64,000 nt of DNA from the NCBI GenBank assembly GCA_963703225.1, contig OY969801.1, positions 804,001 through 868,000 on the forward strand. Reading direction: 5' to 3'. Source of the stretch: Candidatus Eiseniibacteriota bacterium (GTDB taxonomy: Bacteria > Eisenbacteria > RBG-16-71-46 > SZUA-252). The notes beneath the pieces were generated by a model. It searched no databases. It saw only the letters and a list, made by a program, of their open reading frames with translations, and was not told where the DNA came from. Below are positions 1 through 8,531 of the stretch, piece after piece; within the stretch, counting starts at the first letter, position 1, and every line of letters begins with the position of its first letter. Both the position numbers and the translations under genes were made by a program.

Positions 1-1
1 G

Positions 2-178
2 GGGCATCCATTTACGGCCCAAGGGCTTCTACGGGGTGCCACGGTCGCCGAGGGGCACGGCCTGAGGGCCCGGGCGGCTGACTATCTCGAGCAATTCCTC
101 CTGGCAAACCCCGACTCGCCGCTCCGGGACAAGGCCGGCGCGGACCTTGATCGGCTGCGGAAAACCCCGATTCCTTGA
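2..178 (+). CDS. hypothetical protein, C-terminal fragment (5' end lies outside window)
   Basis: Open frame from window edge to TGA at 176-178 (..LEQFLLANPDSPLRDKAGADLDRLRKTPIP*); no recognisable domain; GC-rich third positions. Confidence 0.3.
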   Translation, partial: GHPFTAQGLLRGATVAEGHGLRARAADYLEQFLLANPDSPLRDKAGADLDRLRKTPIP

Positions 179-265
179 CGCTCCGTCGCGCCCTATGGTA
201 CCATTGTTGTAAGCGTCTATTCCCATGGAATGAATTGAGTTACACCCCGCCACCTGGAGGCGCCG

Positions 266-2356
266 TTGAAGGACTTCCAGCCGAATCAGATCCGTAACCT
301 TGCACTCGCCTCGCACCACGGAACAGGAAAGACATCGCTCGCGGAAGCCATCCTCTTCCGCACCAAAGCTGCGGCCCGCCACGGAAAGATTGAAGACGGC
401 ACCACCGCGCTCGATTTCTCGCCGGAGGAGATTCACCGGAAGATTTCGATCAGCCTCTCCGTCGCGCCGGTCGAGTGGCGTGGACACAAGATCAACATGA
501 TCGACACGCCGGGCTACGCCGACTTCATCGGCGATTGCGTCGCCGGGCTCCGGGTGTCCGACGCCGCGGTCGTCTGTCTCAAGGCGTCGGCGGGCGTCGA
601 GGCCGGGACGGAGATGATCTGGGAAAAGGTGCTGGAGCGTGCCTGTCCGGTCCTTTGCGCGGTCACGCAGATGGAGAAGGAGCACGCCTCGTTCTCCAAG
701 GCGATCGAGAGCGCGACCGAAAGGCTGGGGATGCGCTTCGTGGCGGTCGCCTGGCCGTTCGGCGGAGCCGACAAGTTTCGCGGGCTCGTCGATCTCGCTT
801 CGATGAAGGCGTTCGTCTTCGAGAAGGACGGATCCGCCAAGGAGGGAGCGATCCCCCCGGAGATCGAGGCGGAGGTCAAGAAGGCCCGCGCGGCGCTGGT
901 GGATGCGGCGGCCGAGGCGGACGACGCTCTCTTGGAAAAGTTCCTCGACGGCAAGGAGCTGGACGTCGATGAGATCCACAGGGGGCTTCGCGAGGGAGTC
1001 CTCCATCGCTCGTTCGTGCCCACGCTCCCGGTCGCCGCGGTACCGATGCTGGGAATCGACTTTCTCCTCGACTCGATGATCGACGTGATGCCCTCGCCGG
1101 CGGACCTGGGGCCCGTCGTGGGGACCAAGCCGGGGACCCAGGAGAAGGTGGAGTTCCCACCCGAGCCGAACGCCCCGCTCGCCGCGCTCGTGTTCAAGAC
1201 GAGCAGCGAGTCGCACGCCGGGGACCTCTCCCTGGTGCGCGTCTATTCGGGCACGCTGTCGCCGGGCAAGGAAGTTTGGAATTCCACCGCGCAGCGGGCC
1301 GAGAAGATGGGCCAGCTCTTCGCCGTGCGGGGCAAGGATCGAAGCGACGCGGGGCACATCCCCGCGGGCGACATCGGTGCCGCGGTCAAGCTGCGCGAGA
1401 CCCACACCGGCCAGACGCTCTGCGACAAGAACCACCAGATTCTCCTTCCGTCGATTCCGTTCCCGGGCGTGGCGCACGAGATCGCGATCGCGCCGAAGTC
1501 GAAGGGGGAGGAGGAGAAGATGGGTACCGGGCTCCACAAGCTTCGGGAAGAGGATCCGACGCTCCATGTCCGGGTCGAGGGGGACCTCCATCAGACGATC
1601 CTCTCCTGCATGGGCGACCTTCAAGTCGACGTGGCGCTGGAGAAGCTGAACCGCCGCTTTGGCGTCCACGTGGAGACCGCCAAGCCGCGGATTCCCTACC
1701 GCGAAACCATCCGCCGCTCCGTGAGCAAGCAGGGGCGCCACAAGAAGCAGACGGGCGGCCGGGGCCAATTCGGAGACGTCCACGTGCGGCTGGAGCCCCT
1801 GAAGCACGGCCAGGGATTCGAATTCGTGGACGAGGTCGTCGGCGGCTCGGTTCCGCGGAATTACATTCCCGCGGTGGAGAAGGGAATCGTGGAAGCGATG
1901 CACGACGGCGTGCTCGCGGGCTACCCGGTGGTCGACGTGCGCGCGGCGCTCTACGACGGCTCCTATCACACGGTCGATTCCTCGGAAATGGCCTTCAAGA
2001 TCGCGGGCTCGATCGCGTTCAAGGAAGGCGCCAAGGAGGCGAGCCCCGTGCTCCTCGAGCCGATCGTCGAGATCGAAGTGCGCGTGCCCAAAGAATTCGT
2101 CGGAGCCGTGACGGGCGATCTCTCCTCCAAGCGAGGAAAAATCCTCGGCATGGACTCGGAAACCCGCTACGATGTGATCCGCGCGCAGGTCCCCCAGGCC
2201 GAGCTATACAAGTACTCGACCCACCTCCGCTCCCTGACCCAGGGACGCGCCTCACACCGAACGAAGCCATCCCATTACGAAGAGGTCCCCCGAGAGCTCG
2301 CCGAGAAGATTATCGCCCAGGCAAAGGCCGATCGGGAGGCGATGGCCTCAGCCTAG
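266..2356 (+). CDS. elongation factor G family translational GTPase (EF-G paralogue)
   Basis: 696 aa; TTG start at 266 preceded by GGAGG; P-loop-like HHGTGKTS, DTPG, and EF-G domain IV/V motifs (GRHKKQTGGRGQFG, ALYDGSYHTVDSSEMAFKIAG); G1 motif deviates from canonical AHIDAGKT. Confidence 0.85.
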   Translation: MKDFQPNQIRNLALASHHGTGKTSLAEAILFRTKAAARHGKIEDGTTALDFSPEEIHRKISISLSVAPVEWRGHKINMIDTPGYADFIGDCVAGLRVSDAAVVCLKASAGVEAGTEMIWEKVLERACPVLCAVTQMEKEHASFSKAIESATERLGMRFVAVAWPFGGADKFRGLVDLASMKAFVFEKDGSAKEGAIPPEIEAEVKKARAALVDAAAEADDALLEKFLDGKELDVDEIHRGLREGVLHRSFVPTLPVAAVPMLGIDFLLDSMIDVMPSPADLGPVVGTKPGTQEKVEFPPEPNAPLAALVFKTSSESHAGDLSLVRVYSGTLSPGKEVWNSTAQRAEKMGQLFAVRGKDRSDAGHIPAGDIGAAVKLRETHTGQTLCDKNHQILLPSIPFPGVAHEIAIAPKSKGEEEKMGTGLHKLREEDPTLHVRVEGDLHQTILSCMGDLQVDVALEKLNRRFGVHVETAKPRIPYRETIRRSVSKQGRHKKQTGGRGQFGDVHVRLEPLKHGQGFEFVDEVVGGSVPRNYIPAVEKGIVEAMHDGVLAGYPVVDVRAALYDGSYHTVDSSEMAFKIAGSIAFKEGAKEASPVLLEPIVEIEVRVPKEFVGAVTGDLSSKRGKILGMDSETRYDVIRAQVPQAELYKYSTHLRSLTQGRASHRTKPSHYEEVPRELAEKIIAQAKADREAMASA

Positions 2357-2377
2357 GCAAAGTTAGGGGACCGCACC

Positions 2378-4595
2378 ATGCGACGTCGTGCAGCTTGCTT
2401 GTCTCTCCATCTGATCCTCGGCGTGGCGCTTCTCGCATCGGGCAGAGCCGACGCGTCTCCTCGCGTCGAGCCCCACGCGCGATACGCCCCGCCCGCGCCA
2501 AGAGCGCCGCAGGTGCTCTCGGATCTCTCGCTGGCCCGGCTCCGGTCGGAGGGGCGCTCCGTCCTTTGGGTCTTCTTCACCGACAAGGAGGAGGGGGATG
2601 CCGCGTCGTTCGCGCGCTCCCTCCGCGAGGTGGGCGGCCGCGTGACCGAGCGCGCCCGCGCCCGAAGGGCGCGCGAGACCGGTGGCCGCTTTGTCCCCGA
2701 CTACTACGACCTCCCTGTGTCGGGCCGCTACGTCGACGCGGTGGCGCGGACCGGCGCTTTGACGCGCCACGTATCTCGCTGGCTGAACGGGATGACCGTC
2801 GAGGCCGACGAATCGCAGGCGCGGTTGATCGCGAGCCTTCCATTCGTCCGGATCGTGAGCCCGGCCCAGCGCTCGCGCCGCGTGGAAACGCTGCCCGCGG
2901 AACCCCTCGCGCCCTGGCCGGGGCAGGGCGGGCCTCCGGCATCACGTCCTGGCACGGAATCACCACGGGCTCCGTTCGAATGGGATGGATCCGCGCCCAC
3001 GCTCGTCAAGCCGGTCAACTACGGCGCCTCGTTCACCCCGCTCAACGCGCTCAACGTCATCGCGGCCTTTGATTCGGGTTGGAGCGCGGCGACGATCACC
3101 GTCGCGATGTTCGACGCGGGATTTGACAAGGCCCACAACGCCACGTCGCCGCTCTTGAGGATCGCGGAATACGATTTCGTGTTCCACGATGGCGAGACCG
3201 CCAACCAGCCGGGAGACGCCGCGGGAGCATGGGACCACGGCACCGGCACCTGGTCGGTCCTCGGGGGGTACTACCCCAACAACATGGTGGGCCCCGCCTT
3301 CAACGCTCGATTTCTTCTGGCCAAGACCGAGGACATCCGCTCGGAGACGCCGGTGGAAGAGGACAATTGGGTCGCGGCCGTCGAATGGGCCGATTCCATC
3401 GGCGCCGACGTCATCTCCTCGTCGCTGGCCTACTTCGACTTTGACGGGACCGCGAACGACTACACCTACACGGATCTCAACGGGTACACGACGGTGACCT
3501 CGCTCGGAGCCATCATGGCCGCGCGACGGGGAATCGTCGTCGCGAACGCCATGGGGAACTCGGGCGCCCTTCCCGGATCGCTCCAGGCGCCCGCCGACGC
3601 GGACAGCATCCTCTCTTGCGGCGCGGTCGACTCGGGGAACTCCATCGCGGGATTTTCTTCGCGGGGCCCGACCTTTGACGGACGGATCAAGCCGGAGGTG
3701 GTGGCGCAGGGGGTGGCCACGCCCTGGGCCATCGCGGGGAGCCCGTCGGTGGTGGGCACGGCGAGCGGCACGTCGCTCTCCACCCCGCTCATCGGAGGGG
3801 TGGCCGCGCTCGTGCGGGAGGCGCATCCCGAGTGGACGGTCGCCCAGGTTCGCCAGGCCCTCATGACCACGGCGGACAAATCGGCGACGCCCCAACAACG
3901 ACTACGGCTGGGGGCGGGTCGACGCCATCAAGGCGATCTACGGCTCGCCACTGGGCGGGATCGTCGCGCCCAAGCCCTTCAGCCTCCTCGTGCCGTCCAA
4001 CAACTCGGTCGTGAGCAAGCCGCCCAACGTGACGTTCAAGTGGAGAAAGGCGATCGATCCGCAGGGGAGCGCGCTGACCTACAGAATCGATTTTCGGTGC
4101 ACAGCACCTGACTCCTGCGTCTTTCAGGCAACGACGACGGACACCTTCATCGTCTACTCGAACTACCTGGGGCCGAACAAGGCGTATGAATGGACCATAA
4201 CGGCGATCGACCCCGAGGCGCACGAGCGCGAGAGTAAGGACCGTTTCCGCTTCACGACCAGCGCGACCACCGACGTCGGCGTACCCACGCCGCCGCCTTC
4301 GCCACCGCGCGTCACGCTCATGCAGAATCACCCCAACCCGACCCGATCGCTCACTCAGATCGAGTTTACGCTTACGGGGTCGTCGGGTTCGGTCCCTATG
4401 TCGCTCCGCATTTTCGACGCGTCGGGGAGATTGGTCCGGACCCTTATCGACTCCTACACGGCGGTGCCGGCGCGGTGGTCCCTTCGCTGGGACGGCCTCG
4501 ACGGAAATGGTCGCCGCGTTGGCTCCGGCATCTACTACTATAAGCTCCTGGTTCAAGGGAGCACCTTTTCCAAGCGGCTCGTTCTGCTCCGCTAG
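2378..4595 (+). CDS. secreted subtilisin-like S8 serine peptidase with C-terminal T9SS-type sorting (Por/FlgD-Ig-like) domain; frame disrupted near 3885-3895
   Basis: Signal peptide; Asp/His/Ser motifs (AMFDAGFD, HGTGTWS, GTSLSTP); downstream frame carries NNDYGWGRVDA and C-terminal ...IFDASGRLVRTL...GIYYYKL tail; single-base shift in a C run separates the two frames. Confidence 0.75.
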
Positions 4596-4640
4596 TTCGT
4601 ATCACGGCGCCGCCCTTGAGGCGGCCCGGGAGGAGTCTCG

Positions 4641-5393
4641 ATGTCCGGTCATTCCAAGTGGGCGACCATCAAGCGGAAGAAGGGCGCCCTCGATGCCAAG
4701 CGTGGGAAGGTCTTCACCAAGTGGATCAAGGAGATCACCGTCGCCGCGCGAAATGGCGGCGGCGATCCCGCCGGCAATCCGAGGCTCCGCACGGCGATTC
4801 TCGGGGCCAAGGGCGTCAACATGCCGGCCGACAACATTGAGCGCGCGATCAAGAAGGGAACCGGAGAGCTGGAGGGGACGACCTATGAGGAGGTCACCTA
4901 CGAAGGCTACGGCCCGGGCGGGATCGCGATCCTCATGGACTCGCTCACCGACAACCGAAACCGGACCACGGGAGAGATCCGGCACATCCTGACCAAGAAC
5001 GGCGGGCGGATGGCCGACGCCGGGGCCGTCCAGTACATGTTTCATTCCAAGGGCGTCATCGCCGTGGCCCACAGCGCCGCCGATGAGGAGACCCTCTTGA
5101 CCCTCGTGCTGGACGCGGGGGCCGAGGACGTCGACACCGAAGATCCCGAGGTCTACGAGATCACCACTTCGCCGCAGCGTTTCGAGTCCGTCAAAGCCGC
5201 GCTCGCGGGGAAGGGGATTCCAGTACTATCCGCGGAGCTGGCCAAGGTGCCTCAGAACGTCATCGCGCTCAGCGTGAAGGATGCCGAACAGGCCTTGAAG
5301 CTCATGGAGGTGCTCGAGGATCATGACGACGTCCAGCGGGTCTCGTCGAATCTCGACATCACGGCCGAAGTTCTCGCCAAGATCCAGCCGTAG
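4641..5393 (+). CDS. yebC: YebC/PmpR family DNA-binding transcriptional regulator
   Basis: 250 aa; N-terminal MSGHSKWATIKRKKG...KRGK signature; GGGAGGAG RBS upstream; precedes ruvCAB as in many bacteria. Confidence 0.9.
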   Translation: MSGHSKWATIKRKKGALDAKRGKVFTKWIKEITVAARNGGGDPAGNPRLRTAILGAKGVNMPADNIERAIKKGTGELEGTTYEEVTYEGYGPGGIAILMDSLTDNRNRTTGEIRHILTKNGGRMADAGAVQYMFHSKGVIAVAHSAADEETLLTLVLDAGAEDVDTEDPEVYEITTSPQRFESVKAALAGKGIPVLSAELAKVPQNVIALSVKDAEQALKLMEVLEDHDDVQRVSSNLDITAEVLAKIQP

Positions 5394-5955
5394 TCCGGGG
5401 GCCGGTACGCTCATCCTCGGCATCGACCCCGGCAGCCGGGCCACCGGATACGGGCTTCTCCGGCTCGTGGGGAGCCAGGTCCGTTACGAGCGCTCGGGGG
5501 TCATCTCGCCAAAGGCCACGCTTCCCTTTCCCGATCGCCTGGCCGCCGTCTACGACGGCCTTCTGGCGCTCCTCGACGAGGTCCATCCCGACGAGGTCGC
5601 GGTGGAGAGCGCGTTCGTCCGAAAGAGCGCCCTCGCCGCCCTCCAGATCGGCCACGTGCGGGGCGTCATCCTCCTCGCCGCCCGGCAGCGGGGCGCGGCG
5701 ATCCACGAGTACACCGCGCCGGAGGTGAAGATGGCCGTCGCCCGGCAGGGCGCCGCGGCCAAGCAGCAGGTCGAGTTCATGGTGCGCCGGCTCTTGCCGA
5801 TGGTCGGTGCCATGCGCGAGGACGAGGCCGACGCGCTCGCCGTCGCGCTCTGCCACGCCCACCGCGCGCCCTTTCGCGACCAGCGCATCGCCGTCGCGCC
5901 TCCCGTGCGCCGCCGCGCCGCGATCGCGGCCTGGAAGAGGATCGCGCTCCGATGA
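5323..5955 (+). CDS. ruvC: crossover junction endodeoxyribonuclease RuvC (start codon uncertain)
   Basis: ILGIDPGSRATGYG catalytic N-terminus and RuvC core; no canonical start codon between yebC stop (5393) and the ILGIDPG motif, so true start is either 5323 (overlapping yebC) or non-canonical near 5410. Confidence 0.8.
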   Translation: MTTSSGSRRISTSRPKFSPRSSRSPGAGTLILGIDPGSRATGYGLLRLVGSQVRYERSGVISPKATLPFPDRLAAVYDGLLALLDEVHPDEVAVESAFVRKSALAALQIGHVRGVILLAARQRGAAIHEYTAPEVKMAVARQGAAAKQQVEFMVRRLLPMVGAMREDEADALAVALCHAHRAPFRDQRIAVAPPVRRRAAIAAWKRIALR

Positions 5956-6560
5956 TCGACTCGATCACGGGGGCGCTCGCTTTCAAGTCGCCGACGGCGG
6001 CCGTGATCCGGACCGGGGGGTTCAATCTCCGGCTCCTGATCTCGGTCTCCTGCTTCGAGACGCTCCCGGCCCTGTCTCGGGAGATCACGCTCCTCACCTA
6101 CCTCCACGTCCGCGAAGACGCGCTCCAGCTCTACGGTTTTGCCGACGAGGTCGAGCGGAACCTGTTCGAGCGGTTGATCTCGGTCTCCGGGATCGGGCCG
6201 CGGCTCGCGGTGGGAATCCTGAGCGGCGCCACCGCGTCGCGGGTACGGGAGGCGATCGAGGCGGGGGACGCGGACTTCCTCGTCACCCTCCCCGGCGTGG
6301 GAAAGAAGCTCGCGCAGCGCCTCTTGGTGGAGCTGCGGGAGAAGTTCGCGCCGGGCCTTTCGGCCGCGGCCGCCCCCGGAGCGGGGACGCCGGGCGCGCT
6401 CCAGGCCGGGATCAGCGGGGACGCGGCGGCCGCGCTCGTCTCGCTCGGGTTCACCCGGAGCGCCGCCATCGCCGCGGTCCAGGAAGCGCTGCAAGAATTG
6501 GGTCCCGCCGCCAACGTCGAGACGCTGGTTCGCAGGGCCTTGCGCCAGGGGGCGCGGTAG
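5952..6560 (+). CDS. ruvA: Holliday junction branch migration protein RuvA
   Basis: 202 aa; ATGA overlap with ruvC stop; HhH motifs (LISVSGIGPRLA, LPGVGKKLAQRL). Confidence 0.9.
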   Translation: MIDSITGALAFKSPTAAVIRTGGFNLRLLISVSCFETLPALSREITLLTYLHVREDALQLYGFADEVERNLFERLISVSGIGPRLAVGILSGATASRVREAIEAGDADFLVTLPGVGKKLAQRLLVELREKFAPGLSAAAAPGAGTPGALQAGISGDAAAALVSLGFTRSAAIAAVQEALQELGPAANVETLVRRALRQGAR

Positions 6561-6563
6561 TCG

Positions 6564-7736
6564 ATGCCGAAGACGCCCAACAATCCTGAGCCGCCGCGAC
6601 GTCCTGCAGCCGCGGGGCGCCCCGCGCGCGCTGCCGTCGCCGCCGTGCCCGAGATCGACCACGAGCGGATCACCGATCCCGGGCCGTTGGGCAGCGAGGT
6701 CGATCTCGACCGCACCCTCCGCCCGCAGCGGCTCGAGGAGTTCGTGGGGCAGGAATCGCTCCGCGAGCAGCTCCGGATCGCGGTGGAGGCGGCGAGACAG
6801 CGCGGCGAGGCGCTGGACCACCTTCTCTTCCACGGCCCTCCCGGCCTGGGCAAGACCACCCTCGCGTCGATCATCGCGGCCGAGATGGACGTGCCGATCG
6901 TCCAGACCTCGGGGCCAGTTTTGGAACGGGCCGCCGACCTCGCGGGCCTTTTGACCAACCTCGAGTTCCGCTCCGTGCTCTTCATCGACGAGATCCACCG
7001 GATGAATCCGGTCGTCGAGGAGTATCTCTATCCCGCGATCGAGGACTTCTGCCTCGACATCATGATCGACCGGGGTCCCAGCGCGCGGAGCGTCCGGATC
7101 GACATCAAGCGATTCACATTGATCGGCGCCACGACGCGCACCGGCCTCCTGAGCGCGCCGCTCCGCGGCCGCTTTGGGATGAGCGCCCGGCTCGACTACT
7201 ACGCGCCCGAGGAATTGACGCGAATCATCCGCCGCTCGGCGAAAATCCTCGGCGTGCCGATCGACGCGGCCGGCGCCAAGGAGCTGGCCTCCCGCTCGCG
7301 CGGAACGCCGCGGGTGGGAAACCGCCTCCTGCGCCGCGTCCGGGACTACGCCGAGACGCGCGCCGACGGGAAGATCACCGAGGAGGTGGCTCGCGCCGCG
7401 CTCAAGCTTTTGGAAGTGGACGCGCGCGGCCTCGACGACATGGACCGCCGGATGCTCGAGGCAATCGTGGTCAAGTACGGCGGCGGCCCGGTCGGGCTCT
7501 CGACGATCGCCGTCGTGGTGGGAGAGGAGCCGGGAACGCTCGAGGACGTCTACGAGCCCTACCTGATCCAGGAGGGTTTCCTGAAGCGGACGGCGCGGGG
7601 CCGCGAGGCCACCGATCTCGCCTTCACCCACCTCGGCCTCACGCCACCCGACCGCGGCGCCTCCGCCGACCCGGCATTGGCGCGCCCCGAAGTGCCCGAA
7701 GAGGGCCCGGATACGCCTCAAAGCACGCTGTTCTGA
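6564..7736 (+). CDS. ruvB: Holliday junction branch migration helicase RuvB
   Basis: AAA+ Walker [10 protein letters not shown], Walker B LFIDEIH, sensor motifs; ~40-aa Ala/Pro-rich N-terminal extension. Confidence 0.9.
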   Translation: MPKTPNNPEPPRRPAAAGRPARAAVAAVPEIDHERITDPGPLGSEVDLDRTLRPQRLEEFVGQESLREQLRIAVEAARQRGEALDHLLFHGPPGLGKTTLASIIAAEMDVPIVQTSGPVLERAADLAGLLTNLEFRSVLFIDEIHRMNPVVEEYLYPAIEDFCLDIMIDRGPSARSVRIDIKRFTLIGATTRTGLLSAPLRGRFGMSARLDYYAPEELTRIIRRSAKILGVPIDAAGAKELASRSRGTPRVGNRLLRRVRDYAETRADGKITEEVARAALKLLEVDARGLDDMDRRMLEAIVVKYGGGPVGLSTIAVVVGEEPGTLEDVYEPYLIQEGFLKRTARGREATDLAFTHLGLTPPDRGASADPALARPEVPEEGPDTPQSTLF

Positions 7737-7751
7737 CCCGCAAATATTTCC

Positions 7752-7783
7752 TTGAACCCGTACCATGGTACCGGGTCGATGAT
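7752..7783 (+). promoter_or_regulatory. MerR-type promoter/operator: TTGAAC followed directly by dyad CCGTAC-CATG-GTACCGG in a long (19-20 bp) spacer
   Basis: Perfect 12-bp palindrome GTACCATGGTAC at 7760-7771; half-site CCGTAC and the position immediately after the -35-like hexamer match, as recalled from the literature, the classical mer operator arrangement (TTGACT-CCGTAC..GTACGG); -10 element not clearly identifiable. Confidence 0.45.
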
Positions 7784-7798
7784 TCCAACCAGGTCGAT

Positions 7799-8227
7799 AT
7801 GAGCCAGAGATACCTGAGCAGCGGCGAGCTTGCCCGCGAGTCGGGCGTGAATTTGGAGACCCTCCGCTACTACGAGCGGCGGGATCTTCTGCCCCGGGTT
7901 GCGCGGACGGCAAGCGGACACCGGCGCTACGACCCTGAAGCGGTCTCACTCCTGAGGCTGATCAAGCGAGCCAAGGACCTCGGATTCACTCTCGCCGAGA
8001 TTCGGGGGCTGCTTCGAGGGCTCGAGCGTCCCAAAGCGGTCTGCGATGACGTCTGCCGGGTGATCGAAGCGAAAATCGGCCATTTGGATCAGGAGCTCAC
8101 GCGATTGAGGTCCCAGCGCGTACGGCTTTCGCGGTTACGGGATGACTGTCCGCGGACGCGGCCGTTGCGGGAGTGCCCGGTCGTCGTCGAGCTCAAGGGC
8201 GCCACACCAAGAAGGAGGAAACGATGA
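7799..8227 (+). CDS. MerR family metal-responsive transcriptional regulator (Cys82, Cys117, Cys126 present)
   Basis: 142 aa; N-terminal HTH (LSSGELARESGVNLETLRYYERRDLL), dimerisation helix, cysteines at 82, 86, 117, 126 by direct counting; matches positions of Hg-binding cysteines in Tn501 MerR (established knowledge). Confidence 0.8.
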   Translation: MSQRYLSSGELARESGVNLETLRYYERRDLLPRVARTASGHRRYDPEAVSLLRLIKRAKDLGFTLAEIRGLLRGLERPKAVCDDVCRVIEAKIGHLDQELTRLRSQRVRLSRLRDDCPRTRPLRECPVVVELKGATPRRRKR

Positions 8228-8340
8228 AACGAATCGTGCTGATGCTGCTCACAATCGGGCTCATCGTGGCGAACGACGCAGTGTCGTGGGGGTCGACCGT
8301 GGCGAATGCTTGCCCAGGGAAGTGCCCGTTCTGCCCCTGA
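8224..8340 (+). CDS. small Cys-rich peptide (38 aa), hydrophobic N-terminus plus C-terminal CPGKCPFCP motif; not in supplied ORF track
   Basis: ATG at 8224 overlaps merR stop (ATGA coupling); MKRIVLMLLTIGLIVANDAVSWGSTVANACPGKCPFCP*; G/C-rich third positions; followed by strong hairpin terminator. Confidence 0.45.
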   Translation: MKRIVLMLLTIGLIVANDAVSWGSTVANACPGKCPFCP

Positions 8341-8361
8341 ACGGAAAGAAGGGCGAAATCC

Positions 8362-8397
8362 GGCCGGCGGCCAGATTTGGTCGCCGGCCCTTTCATT
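8362..8397 (+). terminator. intrinsic terminator-like hairpin after the small peptide gene
   Basis: 8-bp GC stem GGCCGGCG / CGCCGGCC with 12-nt loop, followed by CTTTCATT. Confidence 0.5.
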
Positions 8398-8531
8398 CCC
8401 AGATAGAATTTGCGCGCCTGTCCCTCTAGTCGCGCTGCACTGAACTGAGGGCGTGGAAGCCCCTTGTCACAACCGGACGCGTTCACCGGTTCCTAGGTGA
8501 GAAAGACGTCCGTGAAAAGGAGGGTCGGAGG

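Noticed and set aside
29-1969. 646-aa ORF on the minus strand
   Set aside because: Entirely antisense to the EF-G-family gene; Arg/Gly/Pro-rich low-complexity translation typical of GC-rich antisense frames; no motif.
1276-3072. 598-aa ORF on the plus strand in an alternative frame
   Set aside because: Overlaps EF-G and the S8 peptidase out of frame; Arg/Pro-rich nonsense translation.
3885-3895. Programmed ribosomal frameshifting in the S8 peptidase (and other split genes)
   Set aside because: No slippery heptamer or downstream structure; the same kind of disruption occurs in more than a dozen unrelated genes, which points to indel errors or decay instead.
4609-4625. Possible terminator hairpin after the S8 peptidase gene (GCCGCC-CTTGA-GGCGGC)
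   Set aside because: Only a 6-bp stem with no following T-tract and it abuts the yebC RBS; too weak to call.
7760-7772. GGTACC/CCATGG restriction-site cluster (KpnI-NcoI-KpnI-like) suggesting a cloning linker
   Set aside because: Flanking sequence is contiguous native-looking genome with a functional promoter context; more simply explained as a regulatory palindrome.
5550-7949. 799-aa ORF on the minus strand
   Set aside because: Antisense to ruvC-ruvA-ruvB, which have unambiguous motifs; translation is Arg/Gly/Pro-rich without domains.
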